Assembly: GCA_032718475.1 (NCBI GenBank)
Contig: JAUCBJ010008610.1
Location: 1 to 55,273 of the forward strand
DNA: 55,273 bases
Direction: 5' to 3'
From: Nemertoderma westbladi
Lineage: Eukaryota; Animalia; Xenacoelomorpha
The notes under the pieces are model-generated. The model ran no database searches. It was given only the letters and a program-made list of their open reading frames with translations, and was not told the DNA's origin. The position numbers and the translations under genes were made by a program. How positions within the stretch are numbered: position 1 is the stretch's first letter; every line of letters begins with the position of its first letter. Shown one piece after another: positions 11,438 through 23,849 of the stretch.

Positions 11438-12524
11438 TAATAGGGTTGGTGCGCGAAAAAATTGTTGGGCTAGAAATAATCGAATAAGGGTAACAAGGTG
11501 CCCTGAATCGAGTGGCGGGGTGTGTTTTTTTGTAAAAACACACGGAAACGGTCAAAATGGCGGGTTTGAGTAACCCCGGGAAGCCAATTTTGATAATCGG
11601 CTTTAATTAATTGACTGCTTCATATTTGACGTCACTACCCAGTGCTCTGATAATTTCTTATATTGGTTTCTATGGAGAGTGATTTTAGATCCATTCAAAT
11701 ACGGGTACACATTTAATCTCAATCATTTCACACGTGACTTATATCAATTGAAAGCGGAAAGTCTTGCGCATCTTTTAACACTACAATTACTTAAATTCAT
11801 GATCATGAACATTGATAAAATACTGTTTGCAATTTTGCAAACTTGGTAGATTGCCTGACCCCGTATGCAAGCACTCACCAACTCAGCCCTATCCATGCTA
11901 TATATCGCGTTGCAGTATCGGAGTAGGCCTATTGCTGTATTGATGCTTAAGTTCATTAAGTTGAGTAAACCTCCGCTGTACCACTCTTACTCTTACACTT
12001 GCTAGCGTAGACCGGTACATCATTTCAACTTAATGAACTTAAGCTGCAATACTCCGATACTGCAATGCAATAGGTGGATAGGACTGAGTGGTTCAGTATA
12101 TACTTGCATACCGTCAGCAATCTGCGAGTTTATAATTGTGAATTGATTCATTTTATCAATGTTCATCACCATGAATTTAATTAATTGTAGTGTCAAAGAC
12201 GCGCAAGACTCTCCGCTTTCAATTGATATAAGCTCACGTGTGAAATGATTGAGATTAAATGTGTATTTGAATGGATCTAAAATCACCCTCCATAGAAACC
12301 AATATAAGAAATTATCAGAGCACTGCGTAGTGACGTCAAATATGTAGCAGCCAATCACAGCCGATTTTCAAAATTGGCTTCCCGGCTCTTACTTAAACCC
12401 GCCATTTCGACCGTTTCCTCGTGTTTTTACAAAAAACACACCCCGCCACTCGATTCAGCGCACCTTGTTACCCCTTATTCGATTGTTTCTAGCCCAGCCA
12501 TTTTTCCGCGCACCAACTCTATTA
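11438..12524. mobile_element. ~1.09-kb foldback/palindromic element
   Basis: Arms ~11438-11960 and ~12025-12524 are imperfect reverse complements along their whole length. Confidence 0.88.
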
Positions 12525-12757
12525 CATTTTGTTATTAATAAAGTAGTTGCATTTCCAGTAAGAAACAGCGTCCTGCCCTGCCTTGCTGTCTGCCAGATTT
12601 ATACTCCACTGTAATACATACAGATACAATAAGATGGTAAATGGAGATTCATTAATGCGCTAAACCTTTCGACAGAGAGATAAATAATATATCGACAGAA
12701 TGAGTTGGTTTAGTGGAATAAAGAATATTAAAAGGATTAAATACTAATATCGGATGT

Positions 12758-13363
12758 CTATAAAATAACGCACTTTTTCTTCTTCTTTGACTTTTTCGTC
12801 TTCTGGTTACTTTCAGTTCTTCCCAAACCGCGTTTTTCCTTCTGGGATTTAATCAACTTCATTAGATCGTAGAAAACTTTCTCCACGTTGCTTTTAGTTT
12901 TAGCGGAGGTTTCTATGTAAGAGACGTTCCAGGCAGCACCCTGCGACTCAGCCTCGTGTCCGGATACTTGGCGTTTGTCTCCCAGATCGGCTTTATTCCC
13001 AACTATAATGATGGGAATGTGATCGTCGTTTTTCACTCTTAGAATTTGTTCCCTAAACTCGGGAAGATTGTCGAAAGTTTCCTTGTCGGTTATCGAAAAT
13101 ATGAGAAGAAATCCCTCCCCCGAACGGAAGTAATTGTCCCGTATAGCGGCGTAGTCCTCCTGCCCTGCCGTATCTAGTATATCGATTTGCGCCTCTTCCG
13201 CTTCTAGAACAACCTTCTTTCTGTAACTATCGGCCTTCGTGGGTTCGTAATCCTCTACGAATTCGTCGTACATAAACTGCAGGGTTAGCGCGCTTTTACC
13301 GACTCCGCCACTACCCACCATTATTATCTTATGAACTGGTAAGGTTGGCTGTTTTGCAGCCAT
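12758..13363 (-). CDS. RALA: Ral small GTPase, intronless CDS
   Basis: GSGGVGKS, Ral effector loop [33 protein letters not shown], polybasic tail and CVIL CaaX. Confidence 0.95.
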   Translation of the reverse strand: MAAKQPTLPVHKIIMVGSGGVGKSALTLQFMYDEFVEDYEPTKADSYRKKVVLEAEEAQIDILDTAGQEDYAAIRDNYFRSGEGFLLIFSITDKETFDNLPEFREQILRVKNDDHIPIIIVGNKADLGDKRQVSGHEAESQGAAWNVSYIETSAKTKSNVEKVFYDLMKLIKSQKEKRGLGRTESNQKTKKSKKKKKCVIL

Positions 13364-14383
13364 TATTATGTCTATCAGTGCAGTTATTGCAGTATTGCGA
13401 CGAAAGTGTAAGTGTGTAGTAGGTACCGGTACGACGAGGGGTCTGGACCACCATATAGGGCGAGGGCCTACAGATATATCAATTAGGCCCTACTGCAGTA
13501 CTGCTCTGCTCTATATTTTAGGCTTTTTGAAATCAGAAATAGTGTAGAAATACAATGCAATAGGCCTACTGCTGTACTGATATAATCTACCGGACCGTCA
13601 CTGCAGTACTGCGTTACGGTACTTACTACTTACTGCTGTACTGCAGTACCGTACTGTTTAATGGTAGGCCCTATAACAGTATAAGGCTGTAAGGTGCCTG
13701 AAGGCCTACATATGTCTGTACGTTGACGTTATGCAGTTATAGGTTAGGCAGTTAGGATGGTAGGCCACTGATACCGTGATAGGATAGAGATATAGCTGTA
13801 TACTGGTGGTATCTGGGTATAGAGGATATAGGTATACTGAAACTGAATTGTATTCCGTCTGTCTGTCTACCATTTAGCTGTTAGCTGATTACTGGATTAG
13901 TCAGATAGTTATTTTTACAGTCTCTATAAAACTGTAAAATGACTCACATCCACAAGACAATATACCAGCCAGAGATATTCTTATTTACTGTCCTTACTTT
14001 AAAACTACTGTAAGAAACTACTGTAACATTACACTCTATACATTAGTAGCCCCCCCCCCCCTGGCAACTCTCTCTCCTTCTTGCTCCCTCCCCCAATTTA
14101 AAACAACCATCTTTATCTCTCTATTTTCTCTCCCTCGCAGAGACAACAACACCTAGCTAACTCCCGCAGCTACTCGTTGTTGCCCCTTTCTTCCTCTAGC
14201 CCTAACCATTTTACAATATGTTCTATAGTATGTCGCAGGAAGAATAAAATATAAATTGAATTGAAAAATATTGTTTTGTACCAGTTTTTAGATGCCTTAT
14301 GTTCGTTCAGACAGTACTCATTTTAGTATGATAATTTATTGTTATTTTATAAAAAAAAAATATTCTGTAATTTACTTTCGCAG

Positions 14384-14540
14384 TTTGAGAGATGGGCCAG
14401 GGCAATCGATTAAAAGTGAATTTAATGGAACTTTACGGGATCTCGTTATAATACCCGGAACGAAAAAGTTCAGTAATGTTCTATATTACCAACACATATC
14501 TGTGGATATCTCCGATGTGGATACTAGGAGGTCCATACAG
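14384..14540 (+). CDS. USP7: USP7 exon
   Basis: tttcgcag acceptor; CA+T gives His, then LRDGPGQSIKSEFNGTLRDL...LYYQ (USP7 RDGPGNPLRHNYEGTLRDL...LYYQ). Donor gtaggt at 14541; phase matches the previous exon. Confidence 0.9.
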
Positions 14541-14930
14541 GTAGGTTAGCTTATTACTATTTAATTATTGTTATTACAGCATATATGATAATATGTTCTG
14601 TTTTATGTTATAATAGATGGCCATGAAAAAAATTAGGTATATATTTATTTATTATTATTTATATGTCATGCATTTTGAGAAACCAGCGTGACGAAGGTCA
14701 AGCACCTGTAATTGGTTGTTTCATTCTTAATTCTTCGTATTGGAATTATAGGGAACCAAAACAATAAATGTAGTTATAGCTTGTAGGTATATTTTAATGT
14801 GGCTGGCTAACCAATATAATTGAGAACGAACAGGCGAATTACAGTGTGCCTTACCTTCGCCTGTAATACTTAGTTTTACGATATGGACTCCGTTTTTATA
14901 TCTACTTTTAATCTCTGTTTTTGTATTCAG

Positions 14931-15064
14931 TGCTATTTTCTTACCCACGATTTAAGAGAAGAAAAGATTATTTTATATGCAACAAGAGATGGAACTGTTG
15001 GTGATCTTTTAATTGATGCGAAAAATAAAGTTGAATTGGGACCTAATGGTTCAGGAACACTCAG
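14931..15064 (+). CDS. USP7: USP7 exon
   Basis: CYFLTHDLREEKIILY...GTVGDLL...VELGPNGSGTLR; flanked by attcag and gtaagt. Confidence 0.9.
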
Positions 15065-15084
15065 GTAAGTTATTGATACCCAAT

Positions 15085-15352
15085 CAATGGTTTAAGCAGT
15101 TATTGGTCAGTGCGGTCCCCCCAGAGCTATACTCCCCAGAGGAAACTCCAGTACTCATTAAGCCACCATTTAAGGATGCAAGGCAGAGGTGCGCCCCGGC
15201 TAGACCCTTCAAATCATTCGTGCCGAAACAAAAACTACTCTGACCCATGCGGGGATTGAACCCATAACCTACGGAGAGATGTGAATTCAATGCAACCATT
15301 ACGAGGAATTTAATTGTTCGGACAGACTTATCATCCATCACATGTTTCACCC
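15085..15352 (-). mobile_element. tRNA-derived SINE (family A)
   Basis: B-box GGTTCAATCCC on the - strand; body (TCCTTAAATGG...GTTTCCTCTGGGGAGTAT) shared with 36855-37100 and 23850-24420. Confidence 0.75.
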
Positions 15353-15593
15353 ACTGTGGAAGTTTAAACAGTGAACCACGGTGGATAATAAGTACAAATA
15401 AATATATGTATATTAACTTGTTATGTATGCTATAATATATTTAATACATTATTTCTATTACATAGGATATACATATAAGTACTCGATAATACTCGAAATA
15501 CATTTTCCCCGTACTGTTCTCTGCCGGGTTTGTGTTTGTTTGGACTTTGTGCCTTTATATAATTACTATTATTTGCTCTATGGTATGTTACAG

Positions 15594-15804
15594 ATTGGTG
15601 GATTTACAACACAATAAAATAGTGCAAATATTAAACCCATCGACAGCGACAGAATCGTTGCATGGCCGCCAACTCCGATTGGAGGAGATACCCAACGACC
15701 AGGAGCTGTTGGTACCCGGTTCCACCGACCTCGTGTTCGGTTACCACTTCTATAAGACCACATACCAAGCATTCGGACTGCCCTTTGTGTTTAAAATCGT
15801 CGAG
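15594..15804 (+). CDS. USP7: USP7 exon
   Basis: RLVDLQHNKI...LRLEEIP...HFYK...FGLPF; flanked by ttacag and gtaagt. Confidence 0.9.
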
Positions 15805-16136
15805 GTAAGTGAATAAACATACCTTGTAAAGATACACAGTCTATTACTGAGGTGTTCTGGTGCATTTCTTTTAGTGGCAGTAGAAAGGACACATGGCAAA
15901 ACAATTCAATTTTTGGAATACATCTCTTTTTGTTGCAAATTTTTTGGGCTTTCTTATGATATATATATTTGATTTAAGCTCAGGATATATTTTTACCTTC
16001 AGAAAAGCGCAAAAACTACACGGTAGTTTGAAAAAATATCGTATTTTGAACCTTCCCGCTGAAAACTGTCTGTTAGAATGTTTGTTAATAACGTAATTAA
16101 CCAACATTACTGAATTCGGGGTTTTCCTGTATTGAT

Positions 16137-16333
16137 CACTATAGCAAAGGTTTTATCAGAGACTTACACGCCACAAACTACAAAAAAATATATAGAATCA
16201 GGACATTTAGCCCAAAATTAGTATAAAGCCGCTAGGGCCATCAAAATCAAACAAACATAAAATATATTATAAACAAATATAAAAACCAAACCATTGTGGT
16301 GTGTAAGTCTCTGATAAAACCTTTGCTATAGTG
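16137..16333. mobile_element. Small MITE with CACTA-starting TIRs (Transib/CACTA-like)
   Basis: ~40-bp TIR CACTATAGCAAAGGTTTTATCAGAGACTTACAC; flanks TTGAT/TTAAT. Confidence 0.75.
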
Positions 16334-16999
16334 TTAATAACGTAGTCTGACAATAATGAAGCACATTACAACGCTAAAATATTTGATATGGGGGTTTTCC
16401 TATTTGGTGTGACGTCAGTTTACATGTTTGGCGGAATCTAGTCTGTTTGTCTGTATGACTCTCTGTCTCTCTATCTGTCTGTCAAAGGTATACAACAGGC
16501 AGACTAGTTTCAGCTAAACAAGAAAACTGACATCAAAAATGAAATCACAGACCGGAAATACCCCCGTAGCTAAAATATTAGCCACGTAGAGGGCTTTCTA
16601 ACATTTTGTCAGACAACAGACAGAGTGGCAGACAGACAGACATACTAGATTCCGACAAACGTCTGACTGACATCGGACTTAGAATCACCGCCCTGGAATA
16701 ACCCCGCGGTGAATCTTTTAGCAAATTAGTGTGCTTTTTTTATATTTAACAATCTAAAAGTAGAAAAGACGGACAAGCAGACAGTCGGACAAACCGACAT
16801 AACATTTTAAGACATGAACTTAGGTTTCTGAAAATGTGGCAGCTGGAAGGAAAGGTGGTAAAATTTCGATTTATAAATATTTTGTTTTATTGTTACTTTG
16901 ATGATCTAAATATGTTTTCTACCATACTCCAAACTTTAATTGCGTTTTTCTCATAACACCACTTTTATCCATGTGTCCTTTATACTGCATTTGCCATAA

Positions 17000-18685
17000 G
17001 GGCCAGCCAGTGCATAATCTTGGGCTTTGGCAGCCTCATGGAGTGAATAAGCATGGTGGACAGCCCATGACCTTCTTGAGACGCATCTTAACCCTATTAC
17101 CACTGGGGTGTTTTGACCATTAGCACCACTGGGGGGGCGCCGATTCGGCCCACCCACTATATTTTTGTAGTCGTCCAATGAAATCCTACAAAATTTGGGC
17201 TGTTGGTGAAACAACTATAGATGAACACTACCAAACCTTAAAAAATTAAAATTTCATAAGCAGGGATTCATAATTTTGATGAAAAATAAAAGTAGTCCCA
17301 GGACAAAAATTACAAAATTTTTCGTTTTCTAAAAACTAATAGTGTGGCAGTGTTGGCTAGATTTAGTAGGTTTTTCAAGACGCTGAATCGAATGTGATTA
17401 TATTCCACTTCCAAAAATTGAAGTGGATGCTATTTTTCGTGCACCAAAGAAGTGGGCGTGGCACTTCAAATTTTGAAAAATTAGATATTCAGAAAATGCC
17501 CCTAATTTTTTTATTTCAACGCATCTTTATGGGTTTTCTGGGCCGCTGAATTGATTGCAAGTAATATAGAAGCCTGACGACTGAGTGGTTCGCCATTTTT
17601 GGTGCACCAAAATTAGGGCGTGGCACTTCAAATTTTGAAAATACGAGATTCGGAAAATAAACCAAAATTGAAATTTTAACGAATTTATATAGGTTTTCCA
17701 GACCGCTGAATCGATTGAAAGTAATATAGAAGCCTGAAGACTTAGAAGTTAGCCATTTTTTGAAATCAAAACTTTAGTGTTTTTTCCGAATAAAGTAATT
17801 TTGAAAATTTGAAGTGCCACGCCCTAATTTTGGTGCATCGAAAATTACGTACACAAAGGATTTGAGGCTTCTATATTACTTTCAATCGATTCAGCGCTCC
17901 AGAAAACCTATAAAATTAATTTGAAATCAAAACTTTAGTGAATTTTCCGAATCTCGTATTTTTCAAAATTTAAGTGCCACGCCCTAATTTTGGTGCACCA
18001 AAAATGGCGAACCACTAAGTCTTCAAGCTTCTATATTACTTTCACTCGATTCAGCGCTCCAGAAAACCTATAAAAATGCTTTGCAAATCAAAACTTTAGT
18101 GTATTTTCCGAATCTCGTATTTTTCAAAATTTGAAGTGCCACGCCCTAATTTTGGTGCACCAAAAATGGCGAACCACTACACTTACATACTTGTATAGAG
18201 CATTAGAGTGATCCAAACCAATAAAAATAAATAAAAATAGCCCAAACATAAATAATTACTAAATCACGAATGACTTTGTAAAATTCGAAAATTTCAAAAA
18301 ATTTGGTGCTGGAGACCAAATTTTGAGGTGGCACCCACATCGAAAAGTAGAAATCCAATTGCAAGGGCGTTTTTGCAAAAGATGCGGCATTAAATTTGGC
18401 TAATTCTCACAAAAAATTGGGCCGGTACGTAATGTGGTTGCATAGTTACAGCAACTAAAAACTAGGAAGGGGCCGATTCGGCCCCCCCCCCCCCCCCCCC
18501 AGTGGTAATAGGGTTAAAGGACACTGGGGCCGTAAAGATGCAGATGATCTAGCAAATGTCATGGGTGATAGGGAGTTGTGGCGGCGCAATTGTGTCGACA
18601 TGCCGGCACAGCATTCTTAATATATATGTAATATATATATTGCAGCTGCAATGAAGCATGTCGATAGTAGTAGTAATAGTAGTAT
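17000..18685 (+). mobile_element. RTE-like LINE 3' fragment split by a piggyBac-type MITE (LINE parts ~17000-17091 and 18514-18685)
   Basis: LINE sequence gacgcatcTTAAaggacactgg is interrupted exactly at the TTAA. Confidence 0.85.
17092..18513. mobile_element. Non-autonomous piggyBac-like element
   Basis: TTAA duplicated on both sides; TIR CCCTATTACCACTGGGG; internal direct and inverted subrepeats (~17430-18180). Confidence 0.88.
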
Positions 18686-18843
18686 GTTAAATCAAGTTAC
18701 CGATAATTGATTGAACACCCCAGTACAAAATTTGAGCATAAGGTAATGTTTAGTAAAGTTAATGTTAGTACTTAATTCTGACTGAGTGGGAGATATGAAA
18801 ATTGTTTGTTTTGTAATCGGCGTGAAATAATGTAAATTCAAAG

Positions 18844-19165
18844 CTACTACTATCACTATAAACGGCCTGCTGCACGCTGCTGCACATTGAGATGCTATGC
18901 CGGCTTATCAACAAAGTTACACCGCCAAAACTCCTTATCCCCCATGACTTTTGCGAGAATATCTGCATCTTCAAGGCCAGTGTCCTTTAGGAGGCGTATC
19001 ACGAACGTCATGGGCTGTCCAGCATACTTATTTTCTCCATGAGGCTGCCAAACCACAAGATTGTGCACGGGCTGGTCCTCATGGAGGAGGCAATCTTCTA
19101 CCAAGCGGAAGCGGTTCCGTTCAAGTGTCAAGTTTGGTGAACCAATGAGACACCCTGTATATTGT
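18844..19165 (-). mobile_element. Diverged RTE-like LINE 3' fragment
   Basis: Encodes DQPVHNLVVWQPHG...CNFVDKPA; (CTA)n on the + strand. Confidence 0.85.
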
Positions 19166-19528
19166 CTGATTCAATTCAATGCTGGGCCATTGTGTAACGG
19201 CGCGATCTCGGTAGAGAACGAGAATTTCCGAAGCCCAGCACCACCCTGCAGGCACTACGGCTGGTCACTGCCATCGTAGAACTAATCAGCCTTTGCATGA
19301 CATTGTTCTATTGCATGCAGCCTGTTGGGGTTGGGGAGGGGGGCGTGGTGGTCAACCATTGTCATTCATGAAATGTTTGCTGAAGAGACTGGTCTTGTAG
19401 TGCGGATGTATAGGGGAGTTGGGGCTGATCGCCACTTAGGGAGGTGTTGTGTTAACAGAAATAGCCGACAATGCATAATAGTGGCGTGACAGACCGGTGT
19501 ATGTATGTATGGTGACTCTTACCGGTAT

Positions 19529-22500
19529 TACCGGTTCCTCACTGACAAGCACCTAATACTGTGGTGTGTTAGTTTCAGTTTCACATACCGGTTCCACACT
19601 GACAGGCACCTAATACTGCGGTGTGTTAGTTTCAGTTTCACATACCGGTTCCACACTGACAGGCACCTAATACTGTGATGTGTTAGTTTCAGTTTCACAT
19701 ACCGGTGCCACACTGACAGGCACCCAATACTGTGGTGTGTTAGTTTCAGTTTCACATACCGGTGCCACACTGATAGGCACCTAATGCTGTGGTGTGTTAG
19801 TTTCAGTTTCACATCCCGGTTCCACACTGACAGGCACCTAATGCTGTTGTGTGTTAGTTTCAGTTTCACATACCGGTGCCACACTGATAGGCACCTATAC
19901 TAGTGTGTTAGTTTCAGTTTCACATACCAGTGCCACACTGACAGGCACCTAATACTGTGTTGTGTTAATTTCAGTTTCGCATACCTGTGTCACACTGACA
20001 GGCACCTAATACTGCGGTGTGTTAGTTTCAGTTTTACATACCGATTCCACACTGACATGCACCTAATACTGTGGTGTGTTAGTTTCAGTTTCACATACCG
20101 GTTCCACACTGACAGGCACCTAATACTGTGGTGTGTTAGTTTCAGTTTCACATACCGGTGCCGCACTGACAGGCACCTAATACTGTGGTGTGTTAGTTTC
20201 AGTTTCACATACCGGTGCCACACTGATAGGCACCTAATGCTGTGGTGTGTTAGTTTCAGTTTCACATACCGGTGCCACACTGATAGGCACCTATACTAGT
20301 GTGTTAGTTTTAGTTTCACATACATGTGCCACACTAACAGGCATCTAATACTGTGGTGTATTAGTTTCAGTTTAACATACCGGTGCCACACTGACAGGCA
20401 CCTAATACTGTGGTGTGTTAGTTTCAGTTTCACGTACCGGTGCCACACTGACAGGGACCTATTATACTGGTGTGTTAGTTTCAGTTTCACATACCGGTGC
20501 CACACTGATAGGCACCTATACTAGTGTGTTAGTTTCAGTTTCACATACCTGTGCCACACTAACAGGCACCTAATACAGTAATGTGTTAGTTTCAGTTTCA
20601 CATACCGGTGCCACACTGACAGGAACCTAATACTGTGGTGTGTTAGTTTCAGTTTTACATACCGATTCCACACTGACATGCATCTAATACTGTGGTGTAT
20701 TAGTTTCAGTTTAACATACCGGTGCCACACTGACAGGCACCTAATACTGTGGTGTGTTAGTTTCAGTTTCACGTACCGGTGCCACACTGACAGGCAACTA
20801 ATGGTGTGTTAGTTTCAGTTTCACATACCGGTGCCACACTGACAGGCACCTATTATACTGGTGTGTTAGTTTCAGTTTCACATACCGGTGCCACACTGAT
20901 AGGCACCTATACTAGTGTGTTAGTTTCAGTTTCACATACCTGTGCCACACTAACAGGCACCAAATACTGTGGTGTGTTAGTTTCAGTTTCACATACCGGT
21001 GCCACACTGACAGGCACCTAATACTGTGGTGTGTTAGTTTCAGTTTCACATACCGGTGCCACTCTGATAGGCACCTAATACTGTGGTGTGTTAGTTTCAG
21101 TTTCACATCCCGGTTCCACACTGACAGGCACCTAATGCTGTTGTGTGTTAGTTTCAGTTTCACATACAGGTTCCACACTGACAGGCACCTAATACTGTGG
21201 TGTGTAAGTTTCAGTTTCACATACCGGTGCCACACTGACAGGCACCTAATACTGTGGTGTGTTAGTTTCAGTTTCACATACCGGTGCCACACTGATATGC
21301 ACCTAATGCTGTGGTGTGTTAGTTTCAGTTTCACATCCCGGTTCCACACTGACAGGCACCTAATGCTGTTGTGTGTTAGTTTCAGTTTCACATACCGGTT
21401 CCACACTGACAGGCACCTAATACTGTGGTGTGTTAGTTTCACATACCGGTGCCACACTGACAGGCACCTAATACTGTGGTGTGTTAGTTTCAGTTTCACA
21501 TACCGGTGCCACACTGACAGGCACCTAATACTGTGGTGTGTTAGTTTCAGTTTCACATACCGATTCCACACTGACAGGCACCTAATACTGTGGTGTGTTA
21601 GTTTCAGTTTCACATACCGGTGCCACACTGACAGGCACCTAATACTGTGGTGTGTTAGTTTCAGTTTCACATACCGGTGCCACACTGATAGGCACCTAAT
21701 GCTGTGGTGTGTTAGTTTCAGTTTCACATCCCGGTTCCACACTGACAGGCACCTAATGCTGTTGTGTGTTAGTTTCAGTTTCACATACCGGTGCCACACT
21801 GATAGGCACCTATACTAGTGTGTTAGTTTTAGTTTCACATACCTGTGCCACACTAACAGGCATCTAATACTGTTGTGTGTTAGTTTCAGTTTCACATACC
21901 GGTGCCATACTGACAGGCACCTAATACTGTGGTGTGTTAGTTTCAGTTTAACATACCGGTGCCATACTGACAGGCACCTAATACTGTGGTGTGTTAGTTT
22001 CAGTTTCACATACCGGTGCCACACTGACAGGCAACTAATGGTGTGTTAGTTTCAGTTTCACATACCTGTGCCGCACTGACAGGCACCTATTATACTGGTG
22101 TGTTAGTTTCAGTTTCACATACCGGTGCCACACTGATAGGCACCTATACTAGTGTGTTAGTTTCAGTTTCACATACCTGTGCCACACTAACAGGCACCTA
22201 ATACAGTGATGTGTTAGTTTCAGTTTCACATACCGGTGCCACACTGACAGGCACATAATACTGTGGTGTGTTAGTTTCAGTTTCACATACCGGTGCCACA
22301 CTGACAGGCACCTACTAGTGTGTTCGTTTCAGTTTCATATACCGGTGCCACACTGACAGGCAACTAATGGTATGTTAGTTTCAATTTCACATACCGGTGC
22401 CACACTGACAGGCAACTAATGGTGTGTTAGTTTCAGTTTCACATACCGGTGCCACACTGACAGGCACCTATTATACTGGTGTGTTAGTTTCAGTTTCACA

Positions 22501-23525
22501 TACCGGTGCCACACTGATAGGCACCTATACTAGTGTGTTAGTTTCAGTTTCACATACCTGTGCCACATTGACAGGCACCTACTACTGTGGTGTGTTAATT
22601 TCAGTTTCACATACCGGTACCACACTGACAGGCACCTAATACTGTGGTGTGTTAGTTTCAGTTTCACATACCGGTTTCACACTAACTGGCACCTAATACT
22701 GTGGTGTGTTAGTTTCAGCTTCACATACCGGTGCCACACTGATAGGCACCTATCCTGATGTGTTAGTTGTAGTTTCACATACCTATACTGGTGCGTTGTT
22801 TCAGTTTCACATACCGGTACCACACTGATAGGCACCTAATACTGTGGTGTGTTAGTTTCAGTTTCACATACCGGTGCCGCACTGACAGGCACCTAATACT
22901 GTGGTGTGTTAGTTTCAGTTTCACATACCGGTGCCACACTAACAGGCACCTAATACTGTGGTGAGTTAGTTTCAGTTTCACATACCGGTGCCACACTGAT
23001 AGGCACCTATAATACTGGTGTGTTAGTTTCAGTTTCACATACCGGTGCCACACTAACAGACACCTAATACTGGTGTGTTAGTTTCAGTTTCACATACCGG
23101 TGCCACACTAACAAACACCTAATACTGTGGTGTGTTAGTTTCAGTTTCACATACCGGTGCCACACTGATAGGCACCTATAATACTGGTGTGTTAATTTCA
23201 GTTTCACATACCGGTTCCACATTGACAGGCACCTAATACTGTGGTGTGTTACTTTCAGTTTCACATACCGGTGCCACACTGATATGCACCTATAAATACT
23301 GGTGTGTTAGTTGTAGTTTCACATACCTATACTGGTGTGTTAGTTTCAGTTTCACATACCGGTGCCACACTGACAGGCAACTAATGGTGTGTTAGTTTCA
23401 ATTGCACATACCGGTGCCACACTCAAGGCACGTATACTGACTGGTGTGTTAGTTTCAATTTCACATACCGGTGCCACACTCAAGGCACGTATACTGACTG
23501 GTGTGTTGTTTCAGTTTTACATATC
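19529..23525. repeat. 57-bp tandem satellite (~70 units) in a USP7 intron
   Basis: Unit CACACTGACAGGCACCTAATACTGTGGTGTGTTAGTTTCAGTTTCACATACCGGTGC; produces 19-aa periodic ORFs. Confidence 0.97.
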
Positions 23526-23665
23526 TTGCTAGCAGTATGCTGGTTTTAGGGTTAAAATACAGTTCTACTTTATTTCATTCAAATAATATATATTAATAAT
23601 ATTAATTATTAAATTAATTATTCCGCATTCCGTCATATGTAAATGGTGAAATATTTTACCTTTAG

Positions 23666-23783
23666 GGAGAAACAATGAGTGCCTTTAAAGAGAGATTAAA
23701 AAAATACCTCGACATTCCTGATAAAGATTTGGAACAGATAAAGTTTTCTCTGACTAAACAAATGAATGTCACACCATTAGAAG
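23666..23783 (+). CDS. USP7: USP7 exon (not in the ORF track)
   Basis: GETMSAFKERLKKYLDIPDKDLEQIKFSL resembles USP7 [27 protein letters not shown]. Acceptor ctttag, donor gttagt (phase 1). Confidence 0.85.
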
Positions 23784-23849
23784 GTTAGTGCGAGCCTGGC
23801 GGGCCGTTTGTTTGTAAAACAGCTTCTTTCAAAGTAAAAGTTTTCTTAG

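Noticed and set aside
2382-13363. Functional link between the prenyltransferase and the neighbouring Ral
   Set aside because: Ral CaaX (CVIL) is a GGTase-I substrate, whereas RABGGTB belongs to GGTase-II/III; no direct pathway link is supported.
19528-23279. Periodic ORFs WHRYVKLKLTHHSIRCLSV (up to 295 aa)
   Set aside because: Artefact of a 57-bp unit divisible by three; frequently broken by indels and stops; starts are non-ATG.
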